Source: Balanoglossus misakiensis
Lineage: Eukaryota > Animalia > Hemichordata
Length of the DNA: 64,000 nucleotides
Direction: 5' to 3'
Assembly: GCA_040954595.2 (NCBI GenBank)
Contig: CM082584.2
Coordinates: 1,643,344 to 1,707,343 of the forward strand
The notes under the pieces: generated by a model
Seen by the model: only the letters and a program-made list of their open reading frames with translations
What the model was told of the DNA's origin: nothing
Databases searched by the model: none
Position numbers and translations under genes: made by a program
Shown here: positions 14,807 to 27,292 of the stretch, piece after piece
Position numbering within the stretch: position 1 is the stretch's first letter
How the letters are laid out: each line of letters starts with the position of its first letter

Positions 14807-17800
14807 CAAAATCTCAAAATTTCGTCGATTTTGAAAAAAATCATGGGTTCGTTGAATTTTGAAAAAAAAACATGGACGAAAATCATCAAAAAATGACAAA
14901 TTTTCGACTTTGCAAAATCTCAAAATTTCGTCGATTTTGGAAAAAATCATGGGTTCGTCGATTTTTGCAAAAAATCATGGGTGAAAATCATCAAAAAATG
15001 ACAAATTTTCGACTTTGCAAAATCTCAAAATTTCGTCGAATTTGAAAAAAATCATGGGTTCTTGCAAAATCTCAAAATTTCGTCAATTTTGAAAACAATC
15101 ATGGGTTCGTTGAATTGTGAAAAAAATCATGGGTGAAAATCGTCAAAAAATGACAAATTTTCGACTTTGCAAAATCTCAAAATTTCGTCGATTTTGAAAA
15201 AAAATCATGGGTTCGTAGATTTTTGAAAAAAAAATGGGTGAAAATCATCAAAATGACCAATGTTCGACTTTGCAAATCTCAAAATTTCGTCGATTTTTGA
15301 AAAAAAAAATCATGGGCTATAGCTCATGAAAATCATCAACAAATGTCAAATTTTCAACTTTGCGAAATCTCAAAATATCGTCGATTTTTGAAAAAAAAAA
15401 CATGGGTTCGTCGATTTTTGAAAAAAAAATCATGGGCTATAGCTCATGAAAATCATCAACAAATGTCAAATTTTCAACTTTGCGAAATCTCAAAATTTCG
15501 TCGATTTTGAAAAAAATTATGGGTTCGTCGATTTTTGAAAAAAAATCATGGGTGAAAATCATCAAAAAATGACAAATTTTCGGCTGCAAAATCTCAAAAT
15601 TTCGTCGATTTCGAAATAAATCATGGGTTCGTCTATTTCTGAAAAAAAAACATGGGTGAAAATCATCAAAAAATTAAAAATTTTCGACTGCAAAATCTCA
15701 AAATTTGGTCGATTTTTGAAAAAAATCATGGTGAAAATAATCAAAAAATGACAAATTTTTGATTTTGCAAAATCTCAAAATTTCGTTGATTTTGAAAAAA
15801 ATCATGGGTTTGTTGATTTTTTAAAAAAACATGGGTGAAAATCATCAAAAAATGACAAATTTTCGACTTTGCAAAATCTCAAAATTTTGTCGAATTTGAA
15901 AAAAATCATGGGTTCTTGCAAAATCTCAAAATTTCGTCGATTTTGAAAACAATCATGGGTTCGTTGAATTTTGAAAAAAAACATGGATGAAAATCATCAA
16001 AAAATGACAAATTTTCGACTTTGCAAAATCTCAAAATTTCGTCGATTTTGAAAAAAAATCATGGGTTCGTCGATTTTTGAAAAAAAAATGGGTGAAAATC
16101 ATCAAAATGACCAATGTTCGACTTTGCAAATCTCAAAATTTCGTCGATTTTTGAAAAAAAAAATCATGGGCTATAGCTCATGAAAATCATCAACAAATGT
16201 CAAATTTTCAACTTTGCGAAATCTCAAAATATCGTCGATTTTTGAAAAAAAATCATGGGTTCGTCGATTTTTGAAAAAAAAACATGGGTGAAAATCATCA
16301 AAAAATTAAAAATTTTCGACTGCAAAATCTCAAAATTTGGTCGATTTTTGAAAAAAATCATGGTGAAAATCATCAAAAAATGACAAATTTTTGATTTTGC
16401 AAAATTTCAAAATTTCGTCGATTTTGAAAAAAAATCATGGGTTCGTTGATTTTTAAAAAAAACATGGGTGAAAATCATCAAAAAATGAAAAATTTTCGAC
16501 TTTGCAAAACCTCAAAATTTCGTCGATTTTGAAAAAAATTATGGGTTCGTCGATTTTTGAAAAAAAATCATGAGTGAAAATCATCAAAAAATGACAAATT
16601 TTCGATTTTGCAAAATCTCAAAAGTTCGTCGATTTTGAAAAAAAATCATGGGTTCGTCGATTGTTTAAAAAAAACATGGGTGAAAATCAACAAAATGACA
16701 AATTTTCGACTGCAAAATCTCAAAATTTCGTCGATTTTTGAAAAAAAAAATCATTGGCTATAGCTCATGAAAATCATCAACAAATGTCAAATTTTCAACT
16801 TTGCGAAATCTCAAAATATCGTCGATTTTTGAAAAAAAAACATGGGTTCGTCGATTTTTGAAAAAAAACATGGGTGAAAATCATCAAAAAATGACAAATT
16901 TTCGACTTTGCAAAATCTCAAAATTTCGTCGATTTTGAAAAAAATTATGGGTTCGTCGATTTTTGAAAAAAATCATGGGTGAAAATCATCAAAAAATGAC
17001 AAATTTTCGACTGCAAAATCTCAAAATTTCGTCGATTTTTGAAAAAAAATCATGGGTGAAAATCATCAAAAAAATGACAAATTTTTGATTTTGCAAAATC
17101 TCAAAATTTCGTCGATTTTTGAAAAAAAACATGCGTTCGTCGATTTTTGAAAAAAAAAAAACATTGGTGAAAATCATCAAAAAATGAAACATTTTTGACT
17201 GCAAAATCTCAAAATTTCGTCGATTTTTGAAAAAAAATCATAGGTGAAAATCATCAAAAAAATGACAAATTTTTGATTTTGCAAAATCTCAAAATTTCGT
17301 CGATTTTGAAAAAAAATCGCGGGTTCGTCGATTTTTTAAAAAAACATGAGTGAAAACCATCAAAAAATGACAAATTTAAGACTGCAAAATCTTAAAATTT
17401 CGTCGACTTTTGAAAAAAAACATGGGTTCGTCAATTTTTGAAAAAAAAACATGGGTGAAAATCATCAAAAAATGAAACATTTTCGACTTTGCAAAATCTC
17501 AAAATTTCGTCGATTTTGAAAAAAATTATGGGTTCGTCGATTTTTGAAAAAAAATCATGGGTGAAAATCATCAAAAAATGACAAATTTTCGATTTTGCAA
17601 AATCTCAAAATTTCGTCGATTTTTGAAAAAATCATGGGTGAAAATCATCAAAAAATTAAAAATTTTCGACTGCAAAATCTCAAAATTTGGTCGATTTTTG
17701 AAAAAAATCATGGTGAAAATCATCAAAAAATGACAAATTTTTGATTTTGCAAAATTTCAAAATTTCGTCGATTTTGAAAAAAAATCATGGGTTCGTTGAT

Positions 17801-20437
17801 TTTTAAAAAAAAACATGGGTGAAAATCATCAAAAAATGAAAAATTTTCGACTTTGCAAAACCTCAAAATTTCGTCGATTTTGAAAAAAATTATGGGTTCG
17901 TCGATTTTTGAAAAAAAATCATGAGTGAAAATCATCAAAAAATGACAAATTTTCGATTTTGAAAAAAAATCATGGGTTCGTCGATTGTTTAAAAAAAACA
18001 TGGGTGAAAATCAACAAAATGACAAATTTTCGACTGCAAAATCTCAAAATTTCGTCGATTTTTGAAAAAAAAAATCATTGGCTATAGCTCATGAAAATCA
18101 TCAACAAATGTCAAATTTTCAACTTTGCGAAATCTCAAAATATCGTCGATTTTTGAAAAAAAAACATGGGTTCGTCGATTTTTGAAAAAAAACGGGTGAA
18201 AATCATCAAAAAATGACAAATTTTCGACTTTGCAAAATCTCAAAATTTCGTCGATTTTGAAAAAAATTATGGGTTCGTCGATTTTTGAAAAAAATCATGG
18301 GTGAAAATCATCAAAAAATGACAAATTTTCGACTGCAAAATCTCAAAATTTCGTCGATTTTTGAAAAAAAATCATGGGTGAAAATCATCAAAAAAATGAC
18401 AAATTTTTGATTTTGCAAAATCTCAAAATTTCGTCGATTTTGAAAAAAATCACGGGTTCGTCGATTTTTTAAAAAAACATGGTGAAAACCATCAAAAAAT
18501 GACAAATTTTCGACTGCAAAATCTCAAAATTTCGTCGATTTTTGAAAAAAAACATGCGTTCGTCGATTTTTGAAAAAAAAAAACATGGGTGAAAATCATC
18601 AAAAAATGACAAATTTTTGATATTGCAAAATCTCAAAATTTCGTCGATTTTGGAAAAAAATCATGGGTTCGTCAATTTTTGCAAAAAATCATGGGTGAAA
18701 ATCATCAAAAAATGACAAATTTTCGACTTTGCAAAATCTCAAAATTTCGTCGAATTTGAAAAAAATCATGGGTTCTTGCAAAATCTCAAAATTTCGTCGA
18801 TTTTGAAAAAAATTATGGGTTCGTCGATTTTTGAAAAAAAATCATGGGTGAAAATCATCAAAAAATGACAAATTTTCGATTTTGCAAAATCTCAAAATTT
18901 CGTCGATTTTTGAAAAAATCATGGGTGAAAATCATCAAAAAATTAAAAATTTTCGACTGCAAAATCTCAAAATTTGGTCGATTTTTGAAAAAAATCATGG
19001 TGAAAATCATCAAAAAATGACAAATTTTTGATTTTGCAAAATTTCAAAATTTCGTCGATTTTGAAAAAAAATCATGGGTTCGTTGATTTTTAAAAAAAAA
19101 CATGGGTGAAAATCATCAAAAAATGAAAAATTTTCGACTTTGCAAAACCTCAAAATTTCGTCGATTTTGAAAAAAATTATGGGTTCGTCGATTTTTGAAA
19201 AAAAATCATGAGTGAAAATCATCAAAAAATGACAAATTTTCGATTTTGAAAAAAAATCATGGGTTCGTCGATTGTTTAAAAAAAACATGGGTGAAAATCA
19301 ACAAAATGACAAATTTTCGACTGCAAAATCTCAAAATTTCGTCGATTTTTGAAAAAAAAAATCATTGGCTATAGCTCATGAAAATCATCAACAAATGTCA
19401 AATTTTCAACTTTGCGAAATCTCAAAATATCGTCGATTTTTGAAAAAAAAACATGGGTTCGTCGATTTTTGAAAAAAAACGGGTGAAAATCATCAAAAAA
19501 TGACAAATTTTCGACTTTGCAAAATCTCAAAATTTCGTCGATTTTGAAAAAAATTATGGGTTCGTCGATTTTTGAAAAAAATCATGGGTGAAAATCATCA
19601 AAAAATGACAAATTTTCGACTGCAAAATCTCAAAATTTCGTCGATTTTTGAAAAAAAATCATGGGTGAAAATCATCAAAAAAATGACAAATTTTTGATTT
19701 TGCAAAATCTCAAAATTTCGTCGATTTTGAAAAAAATCACGGGTTCGTCGATTTTTTAAAAAAACATGGTGAAAACCATCAAAAAATGACAAATTTTCGA
19801 CTGCAAAATCTCAAAATTTCGTCGATTTTTGAAAAAAAACATGCGTTCGTCGATTTTTGAAAAAAAAAAACATGGGTGAAAATCATCAAAAAATGACAAA
19901 TTTTTGATTTTGCAAAATCTCAAAATTTCGTCGATTTTGGAAAAAAATCATGGGTTCGTCAATTTTTGCAAAAAATCATGGGTGAAAATCATCAAAAAAT
20001 GACAAATTTTCGACTTTGCAAAATCTCAAAATTTCGTCGAATTTGAAAAAAATCATGGGTTCTTGCAAAATCTCAAAATTTCGTCGATTTTGAAAAAAAA
20101 TCATGGGTTCGTCGATTTTTGAAAAAAAAATGGGTGAAAATCATCAAAATGTCCAATGTTCGACTTTGCAAATCTCAAAATTTCGTCGATTTTTGAAAAA
20201 AAAACATGGGTGAAAATCATCAAAAAATGAAACATTTTAGACTGCAAAATCTCAAAATTTCGTCGATTTTGAAAAAAATCATGGGTTCGTCGATTTTTGA
20301 AAAAAATCATGGGTGAAAATCATCAAAAAATGAAAAATTTTCGACTTTGCAAAATCTCAAAATTTCGTCGATTTTGAAAAAAATCATGGGTTCGTCGATT
20401 TTTGAAAAAAAAAACATCGGTGAAAATCATCAAAAAA
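14807..20437 (-). repeat. Satellite 1, inverted arm, with more divergent variants (many ~110-bp units carrying a ~29-bp sub-duplication)
   Basis: Reverse complement of the same monomer (tgaaaatcatcaaaaaatgacaaattttcgactttgcaaaatctcaaaatttcgtcgat). A 1287-bp higher-order duplication is shown by ORFs at 17723/19010 and 18311/19598. Confidence 0.97.
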
Positions 20438-21921
20438 CATAGGTACTTGACTCAGAGTAAACAAGATTGTGTAATTGATACATGTCAGAACGAGATAGAG
20501 ATATCACGCGCTAAGTTCATGTTTAAGAAATATTAAGATGACGTGTTCTTTTTATGACATAATACTTGACTAACGTATTAATAAGAGGTGGTGAAATTTG
20601 ATATCACATTATTATCACCGGAGATCCGTGACGGGAGTCAACGAGCATGGATAGAGTCGTGTAATTCTTACGTGTGACCAGTAATAAACCAGAACTATTT
20701 GTGTTACTCGGAAAACTTGTTGAAAGTCTCGTTATGCCTCTCGTTAAGTTTACGATATGCCGGGTACCTCTCTCTGACTCTATGAATATGTTGGGTGGAG
20801 AAGGAGAGGGAGAGAATTTACACTCTCACCCTTCGGACGTGGCTGATTCCCCAAAGAAGCCCCGATGAGGTAAACGTCCGAAGGATGGCGGGCGTAACAA
20901 AACTACAGTGTTCGCAACATGACCTCAGGTCCGCCGCAGGTTTTGCATGTTACAGCAGAAAAAATCTCCGTCAGACCACTAAAAGTAATACCTTTAGGAC
21001 ATAAATTATTTATCTTGAAAGATATTGCTGTATGCAAAGATTGTCGGCCAGTCAACATCACCAACGATATTAACAATATAAAATAAATAAAATTTCAACG
21101 ATTCAACTTCTTTTCTAGCTTCCTATCTGGATAGTTTGTTTTATTTTACTCTAAAGATCGCCTTTCTTCCAGGCCACGTGGCAAGAGACGTTTTCAACTT
21201 CTACTATGATCGATGCGAGAGTACTATAGTATTCTCATATACACAGACAAAGGCCACCAAAATAAGAGAATCATTTGGTCAAATGGTAGAGGGCGCAAAA
21301 ACAGATATTTCAAATGACAAAATTTTCCGATAAACGTGTTTAATCAAATCAAACTGTGCTCAATGGTATGCTTGCAAAATTGAATACAAATGAAACAAAA
21401 CACAGCAACTGCCATGAACAAGAAGTTTATTCATGTCAAAATTCAATTTTTTTGAATCATTGATTTCAATTATTAGCTGAAAACTAAAATTAGATTGTCA
21501 TCTTGAACAGTATAAAATCAGCGAGCCATTAGACATTAAGTACCCAGCATACTAAAATAAAACCATGTAAACATGCACAATTAGATAATCAAATAATTTT
21601 TATTTATTCACCATGATGTTTTTAATGTATGTCAAGTCAAAGTACTTGAAGTTATGGACGATCAATTAAAATAGAAAACTGTAATTTTAATGGTTGGGTA
21701 ATGTATCCAATTTCTGCCCAATATATGAAATTTCCGAGTTAGCAACTGAAGAATTCGTGGGGAAAATAGTTACGTGATGTGTAACAGAATTCACTTGGAA
21801 GTAAGGAGTTTTTGTAAAATCAACATGCATATTACAATTTATTTGTAAAAACTTGATTGGCAATGGAAAATTGGCGTTTAAATATATAGTACTTCAAGAT
21901 GAACAGATAAAGTATAAGTTA

Positions 21922-21958
21922 CACTACGGGCCAGACCCACTGTAGTTTGAGCAGTATT
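21922..21958 (+). repeat. Left TIR (bipartite)
   Basis: cactacgggccagac-N11-tgagcagtatt matches the reverse complement of the right end, cactgcggcccaaac-N11-tgggcagtatt, at 12/15 and 10/11 positions. Confidence 0.88.
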
Positions 21959-22005
21959 CCGCGAAGCGCGATTGCCGCCATCACCGTAGCAACGCTTTTT
22001 CCAAG

Positions 22006-22659
22006 ATGGCGGCGGCCGTGTTGGTTGATACGGAGAAAATCATACAGCGCAAATTACGAGCTGCTAAGTCATTAATTCTGCGTCGAAAATGTATGTTGGA
22101 TGTTATACATGTACATTCCCTGTTTGATGAATTGTCCGATTCAGCCAAAAGGGTTCTACTGAGGAACGACAAGATTACAAAAGACAAAATTCGTTATCGA
22201 GATGTTGCGGTATTCCCTATTTTCCAACGTGAAATGGGTCACTGGCTGCGTTGTTTCCACGCACGCCTGTCAGCCTCACCTTCGTTGAGATCGCCTTGGA
22301 AAAGCGGCTTTTCTAGACAAATGCCCAAGGAAGTGTTTGCTGTATTTCATCATGACGCCACTCGGAATAGTTTTGGGATCCATGAGAAGACGTCCAAGGC
22401 CATCGTAACCTTGACCTTTACCAACCTATTGAAGCTGACTTACGTCCTGCGGAGAGGTTGCTGTGATGACAGAAATCTCGGACCGGAAGATAAGGAGAAT
22501 GTGCTGGCGAGAGTGGTCAAAGGAAAGCGAGTGGCTGTCATATGCACAGAAACAAAGCCGTGTATTGTCAAATACTACATGAACAGGGAATCTGTTGTGG
22601 TCAACTTTTGCTTTGGAGCCTGGAACAAACACAGCATTCCAATGCACTCAGAGAACTAG
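22006..22659 (+). CDS. Transposon accessory protein of unknown function, 217 aa, intronless
   Basis: Uninterrupted ORF with higher GC than its surroundings and a strong start context (caagATGGcgg). AATAAA follows at ~22769. It lies inside the TIRs and converges on the transposase gene. Confidence 0.75.
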   Translation: MAAAVLVDTEKIIQRKLRAAKSLILRRKCMLDVIHVHSLFDELSDSAKRVLLRNDKITKDKIRYRDVAVFPIFQREMGHWLRCFHARLSASPSLRSPWKSGFSRQMPKEVFAVFHHDATRNSFGIHEKTSKAIVTLTFTNLLKLTYVLRRGCCDDRNLGPEDKENVLARVVKGKRVAVICTETKPCIVKYYMNRESVVVNFCFGAWNKHSIPMHSEN

Positions 22660-23421
22660 AACATCAGTAACATTGCAAGTCTAATGCAAAATTGGCCTTC
22701 TGTCCAATACTCTTGACACTTCAGTCAATATATACAGTTTGTCGGTGTTGTGTTCTCATTAATTAAGAAATAAAAACAGTAGATTGAAAATGAAGTAGTA
22801 TTGTCTTTATTCAATTCCAACAATCAACATTACATGCAATACAGCAGAAGTACAAGGAATTGTCATGAATTTCATTATAAATTGCATTTAACTTTCTTAG
22901 CATTCAATAAATATAAAATCATTCAATTTGATATATACAATTCATGGGATTTGAAAGTTAACTTATTGTGATTTTAACTAAATTAAATTAATGTATTCTG
23001 ATTATCGTTAATTACTTAGCAAGGAAATCTTATAATTATATTCAATATTATTGTAATATGATAGACTTAAGACACAAACGTTTCAAATCTATTCATTTAG
23101 ACTGTAATAGAATATCACATTAACCCTGCATTTAAGGTTTGTGTTAGTACAGATAACATGCAGTTGTATCAGAATCATGACATGTTTATGTACACTGTGA
23201 GAATACTGAAGTTCATGATGTTGCATATATACCGTTTAGTTACAATGGCCTGACATGCATCTGTTGTAACAGTTGTGAACACAGAAGTGTGGCAGAGTTT
23301 ATTTCCAGTTTAATACATGTTAATAATATCATTCATTTCAATTTGACATTCACAACATTTCAACACGGTAAGTTAAAAACACTGAAACAGGAAACATTTT
23401 GCACAGAAGGGCAAAAACACT

Positions 23422-26350
23422 TCACAGAACAATTTTCTTCAGTTTATTACTCAGCTTGCCAGACACTGCTGCTTGTTTTATTTCAGCAATAACTGGGTCA
23501 TTACAAATTTTACATGTAGACACTGCTTCATCTTTCATGTTACCACACATACAGTAACCTGCACTGTCATAGTACAGACTGGGTATATATTTTTCTCTTT
23601 CTTTAAGTTCATACTGAACTAGATTGGCCCGCCTATATTTGTCTGCTTTTGGATTTCTTTCTCTTAGCCAAAAGAGCATTGTGTATTCATGGCGGAATAT
23701 GAGGGTCCACCTGTTCTGAGGAGTGGAATTCTTACTCAATTCAAGAAGACGAAGATGTTTTGCTTCTCGACCTTCCATAGTATTCAACCCCAAACCAAGT
23801 TTGAATTGCTGATACACACTTGCTGCATGTTTAGGTACTGCGTATCCAATATGCCAAACAGTATTATTTACATCAAAAAATAGTGAATGGAGGTTAAAGT
23901 ACCATGTACATTTCTGTTTCAGGACAAGTAAATCCCCTTCACTCAGATTAAACCTTGAAAAGAGCAAGGTAATATCCCTCAGCAACAACCCAAGATATGT
24001 GAAAAGAGCCAATCGAGCTCGCCGCTTTACACTATCTTTATCACCCATGGGTGTCTTAATCAGTGACATGAATTTCCATGCTAGTTTACGGGACTCTTCC
24101 CCAGTAAAGCGATAAACAGCACTTATTTGAGAAAGTGATTTTGCATTGTTTTCACTAAAGAACTTTCAAATTTTGTTGTACAGTTTTCCAGCTCTCACTT
24201 GGTATTTTAATGCAGACAGGAATTTGTATAGACAAGACTCCTTTGGGAGATTTTCAATCTTAACTCCCTTATCAAAATCTGTTTGTGAAGTGTGAGCAAC
24301 TGCATCTATCAACAGCATCTGGAAATAGTACTGCCATGCATTGTTTTTCATGTGCAATGGTTCAACTTTAGCACAGTCGATAAATCGACCAAGAGGGGGT
24401 ACAAATTCCTGTCTGGATTTTCTACTGGCTATAAATTTAGTGACTTTTGGCCGCACAGTTTTTGGCTTGCCATCTCTATTCTTTGGTTGCGATTTGAATT
24501 TCTCCACAGCTTCAACATCTTTAATGCGTTTGTCATATGACCATTCTTGCCATTTTTTACCTGGACCAATATCTGCTCCAATACAATCTCTATCTGACTT
24601 TGAAACATTAGCAAAAGAGCTTAAGTACTGTGCAGCATTGGAAAGCTCTCCAGGCATTGAAGCTAAACCTTTCTGATCAAAAGGCAAGAGCGAAACTTGG
24701 AAAGTCACACAAAGATTGCCAACATTGTATTTACGTTTCTGGATACAATTCAGTTCTTTTGATAATGAATGTGCATAGTCAATCATAATCGGATCATCTT
24801 CTTTGAGATTTGCCCCCAACAGTAGAAAATTATCATCTGGGCTTGCAACACGATGTCCAACATTCAAACAACTGACCAACCAGGCAGTAGCTTGGCCATG
24901 TTTTCCAAATGGTGCACCATCAGCACCTATACTAATCTGGAAGTTACCTTCTTGTCTATCAAACCAGTTAAGAATGTCTGGCTGGGTTGATTTCATTTGT
25001 AAATACAGATTGGCAATCTTAACAAGTAACTCTTCAATGTTACGTTTCAAACCTACCTGTTTCCCTTCTGCTGTCAGAATGGGTTCAAGAGTACAAATAT
25101 CAAGATTACTAACATAGCGTACAACTTTGTTGTATGTCAGTAATCTTGGTATTCTGCAGCCAAAGTGAAACTGCATTGCCCTACTTGGATTTTGTATTTT
25201 AGATGATGTTTGCAGTTCACTCAGCCTCAGACAAGTGTATTTGCGTTTTGATAGCACTCCACCCTCATACAGAACTCTGACACTCCTTATTAAATTGCTT
25301 TCACTTTTTTCAAATTGATCAATAGATTTGTCTACTATCGATGGCATTAATTTCTCTCTGATTTGAGGTGATGTTTTCAAATAGGTTTCAATCTGTTCAG
25401 GTTTGGCAGAGTTGATGAGGGTAAACCACAAACCATCAAGTGCAGCTTTTGAAGGTTTCAATCTGGTAAAATTACCTACACCATTGGCTAAACTGGTATC
25501 GGTTGTTGATACATGAATAGATGTGGCGGCTGACAAGGTTTTACATCTACGTTCATACTGTTCACGCCGTGATATTGTCAAAACCTCACTGTTATCTTTA
25601 CACACTTCTGAGTTCTTGTGAATCCACCTGGGTTGCAAAGCATCTAGTTTTCTCTGCAAGATTACACAAAAAAATGTACATGAAGAGGTTAGTGGATTTA
25701 TCAGCCTAAATTTTGAGCATTTCATTGTGATTATAGGAGCAAGCTAGTAATCCCAAGGACTTCAAAATATGCATGATAAAAACAGACGATGTTCCCCTAA
25801 CATTAGCTAACTGTGCATATGATTGAATTCTATTTGAGTAAAACTGACAAATTAAATTTATTCAATCGTTTAAACTCACTGTACCTTTATACTGTAGGTC
25901 CTAGCACCTAACTCCTGTCTCACATTATTATTCCTCTGCTCAAGTCTAGAAAGACGGGTTTTAGCCCGTTTTACTAGTCTTTTAGCAGCACTGATCTTAT
26001 TAAGGTTATCCTCGATTATGCTACTCTCCTGATCCCTCTTTCTCTTCCGCTGTCTAGACCACTCCCCCAAGTTAAACCGATATTTTGGCTGGCATTCTTC
26101 TGTCCTCTATAGCAAGGCATTAGTCTGCACTCTTTCTAGCAATGACCTAGTCTTTGAATTTTCTCTTAATAGCTCCTGTGAATGCTTTTCCTTTGCAATT
26201 TCTCTGGCTAGCTTCTGTTCCTTTGCCCACTGACCTATGTTGAAGTATGTTGTTTTCTTTCCTACTTGGCATGTTGATGGATAAACTTTGCAGGGGTGCC
26301 CTACATCTAAGTAACAGTTTACTCCACCACATACCTGAGCTGTTTCTGAT
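23422..26350 (-). pseudogene. RAG1/Transib-like DDE transposase, ~900 aa when reconstructed. Probable exons 26350-~25885 and 25653-23422, possible first exon 27209-27164.
   Basis: Motifs are collinear with the RAG1 core: LSKRKY, IGADG (D1, 24919-21), VASPDDNFLL, PFDQK (D2, 24676-78), EPLH, YRFTGEESRKL, TMEGREAKH (E, 23764-66). In-frame stops at 26107-09 and 24166-68 join ORFs in the same frame. Polypyrimidine-CAG acceptors lie at 26351 and 25654. Confidence 0.85.
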
Positions 26351-27255
26351 CTGAAGAGGAAAATTACAATGAATAAGAATGTATAATAATTAATAATTAT
26401 GCATGTATATTTATAGTACATTAGTGACTTTAGTATTTTTCAACCGATACCCAACAGCAATGCAAAGAAAATCACTGAAAGACATTTGATAAAACCTGCT
26501 CTGAGCTAGGCATATCGACCACAGCTCTCCATACATACCAACGTGTATACGCAGAGATGGGCATATTTCAATGGGAGAATTGGAGTGAATATAACTGTAC
26601 TGCGCAGACACAGGTTCAAAATTTTCTGTTTTGATTTTTAACTTTGCATTTATAGTGTAATGCATTAAGTACGTAATTTAGCTAAAACTATTGGTTCTCG
26701 ATTTTAAAATTTAATCCATTCCAACTCAGACTTTTGCTAACAAAACCACACGCAGTGACAGCTGAGACGTGTCGCCATTGCAGTACATGTAAACACAGCC
26801 GGAGGCGTACGACATGCTGAGGTATCGAGAATCGCTTGGTGTAATTTCGTTAAACCTGTGGTAGCAGTTGTTCAAATATAACATCCGTGAAATAACCATA
26901 GTTAGGTAAACTCGTATGGTTTTGAAATGTCAGATAACAGGTTAGCAAGGCTAAATCGTTGAATTTTCCACCCTGTGTAAGTGGTTGCTGAGGGCAGTGC
27001 TGTCGTTAGCAACAGCACACCCGCGCGGTAAATCAGTTATTTTTAAAGTTATTTCAGTGATTCAATATGAAATGTACAGATGAAATAATATTTTTGTTTC
27101 GTTTACTGTGAACACTATTATGTATGGTGCAGTAGATCGTAAAAAATGACAAGAAACACTTACCGAATTTCACTGTATTCAGGTTTCAGCTCCGCTGAGC
27201 GACCGCCATGATCGCGCTAATTAATTATTCATGAGCTATTGAAACGCGCCACAGA

Positions 27256-27292
27256 AATACTGCCCAGAGAGGGCGGCGTTTGGGCCGCAGTG
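27256..27292 (-). repeat. Right TIR (bipartite)
   Basis: The minus strand reads cactgcggcccaaac-gccgccctctc-tgggcagtatt. The second TTA follows at 27293-27295. Confidence 0.88.

Larger units (their letters stand above)
21922..27292 (-). mobile_element. Two-gene cut-and-paste DNA transposon related to RAG1/Transib/CMC elements, with TTA TSD and CAC-terminated TIRs
   Basis: Filled site agtataag-TTA-[cactac...gcagtg]-TTA-ttacagatg versus empty site aatataag-TTA-ttacagatg at 38601-38620. Imperfect 37-bp TIRs and an internal DDE transposase are present. Confidence 0.93.

Noticed and set aside
168-20310. Many 60-106 aa ORFs with 27-aa repeats (MGENHQKMTNFRLCK...)
   Set aside because: These are translations of the 81-bp satellite; frames break at variable homopolymer runs.
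1-20437. CRISPR-like array
   Set aside because: No unique spacers and no cas genes; the context is eukaryotic.
22006-22659. RAG2-like gene call
   Set aside because: No kelch repeats or PHD finger, and too short; only its position resembles RAG2L.
21922-27292. PIF/Harbinger assignment (TTA TSD, two genes) or a domesticated RAG1
   Set aside because: CAC termini and RAG1/Transib-type motifs do not fit Harbinger, and no Myb/SANT domain is evident. TIRs, a TSD and premature stops argue against a host RAG1 gene.
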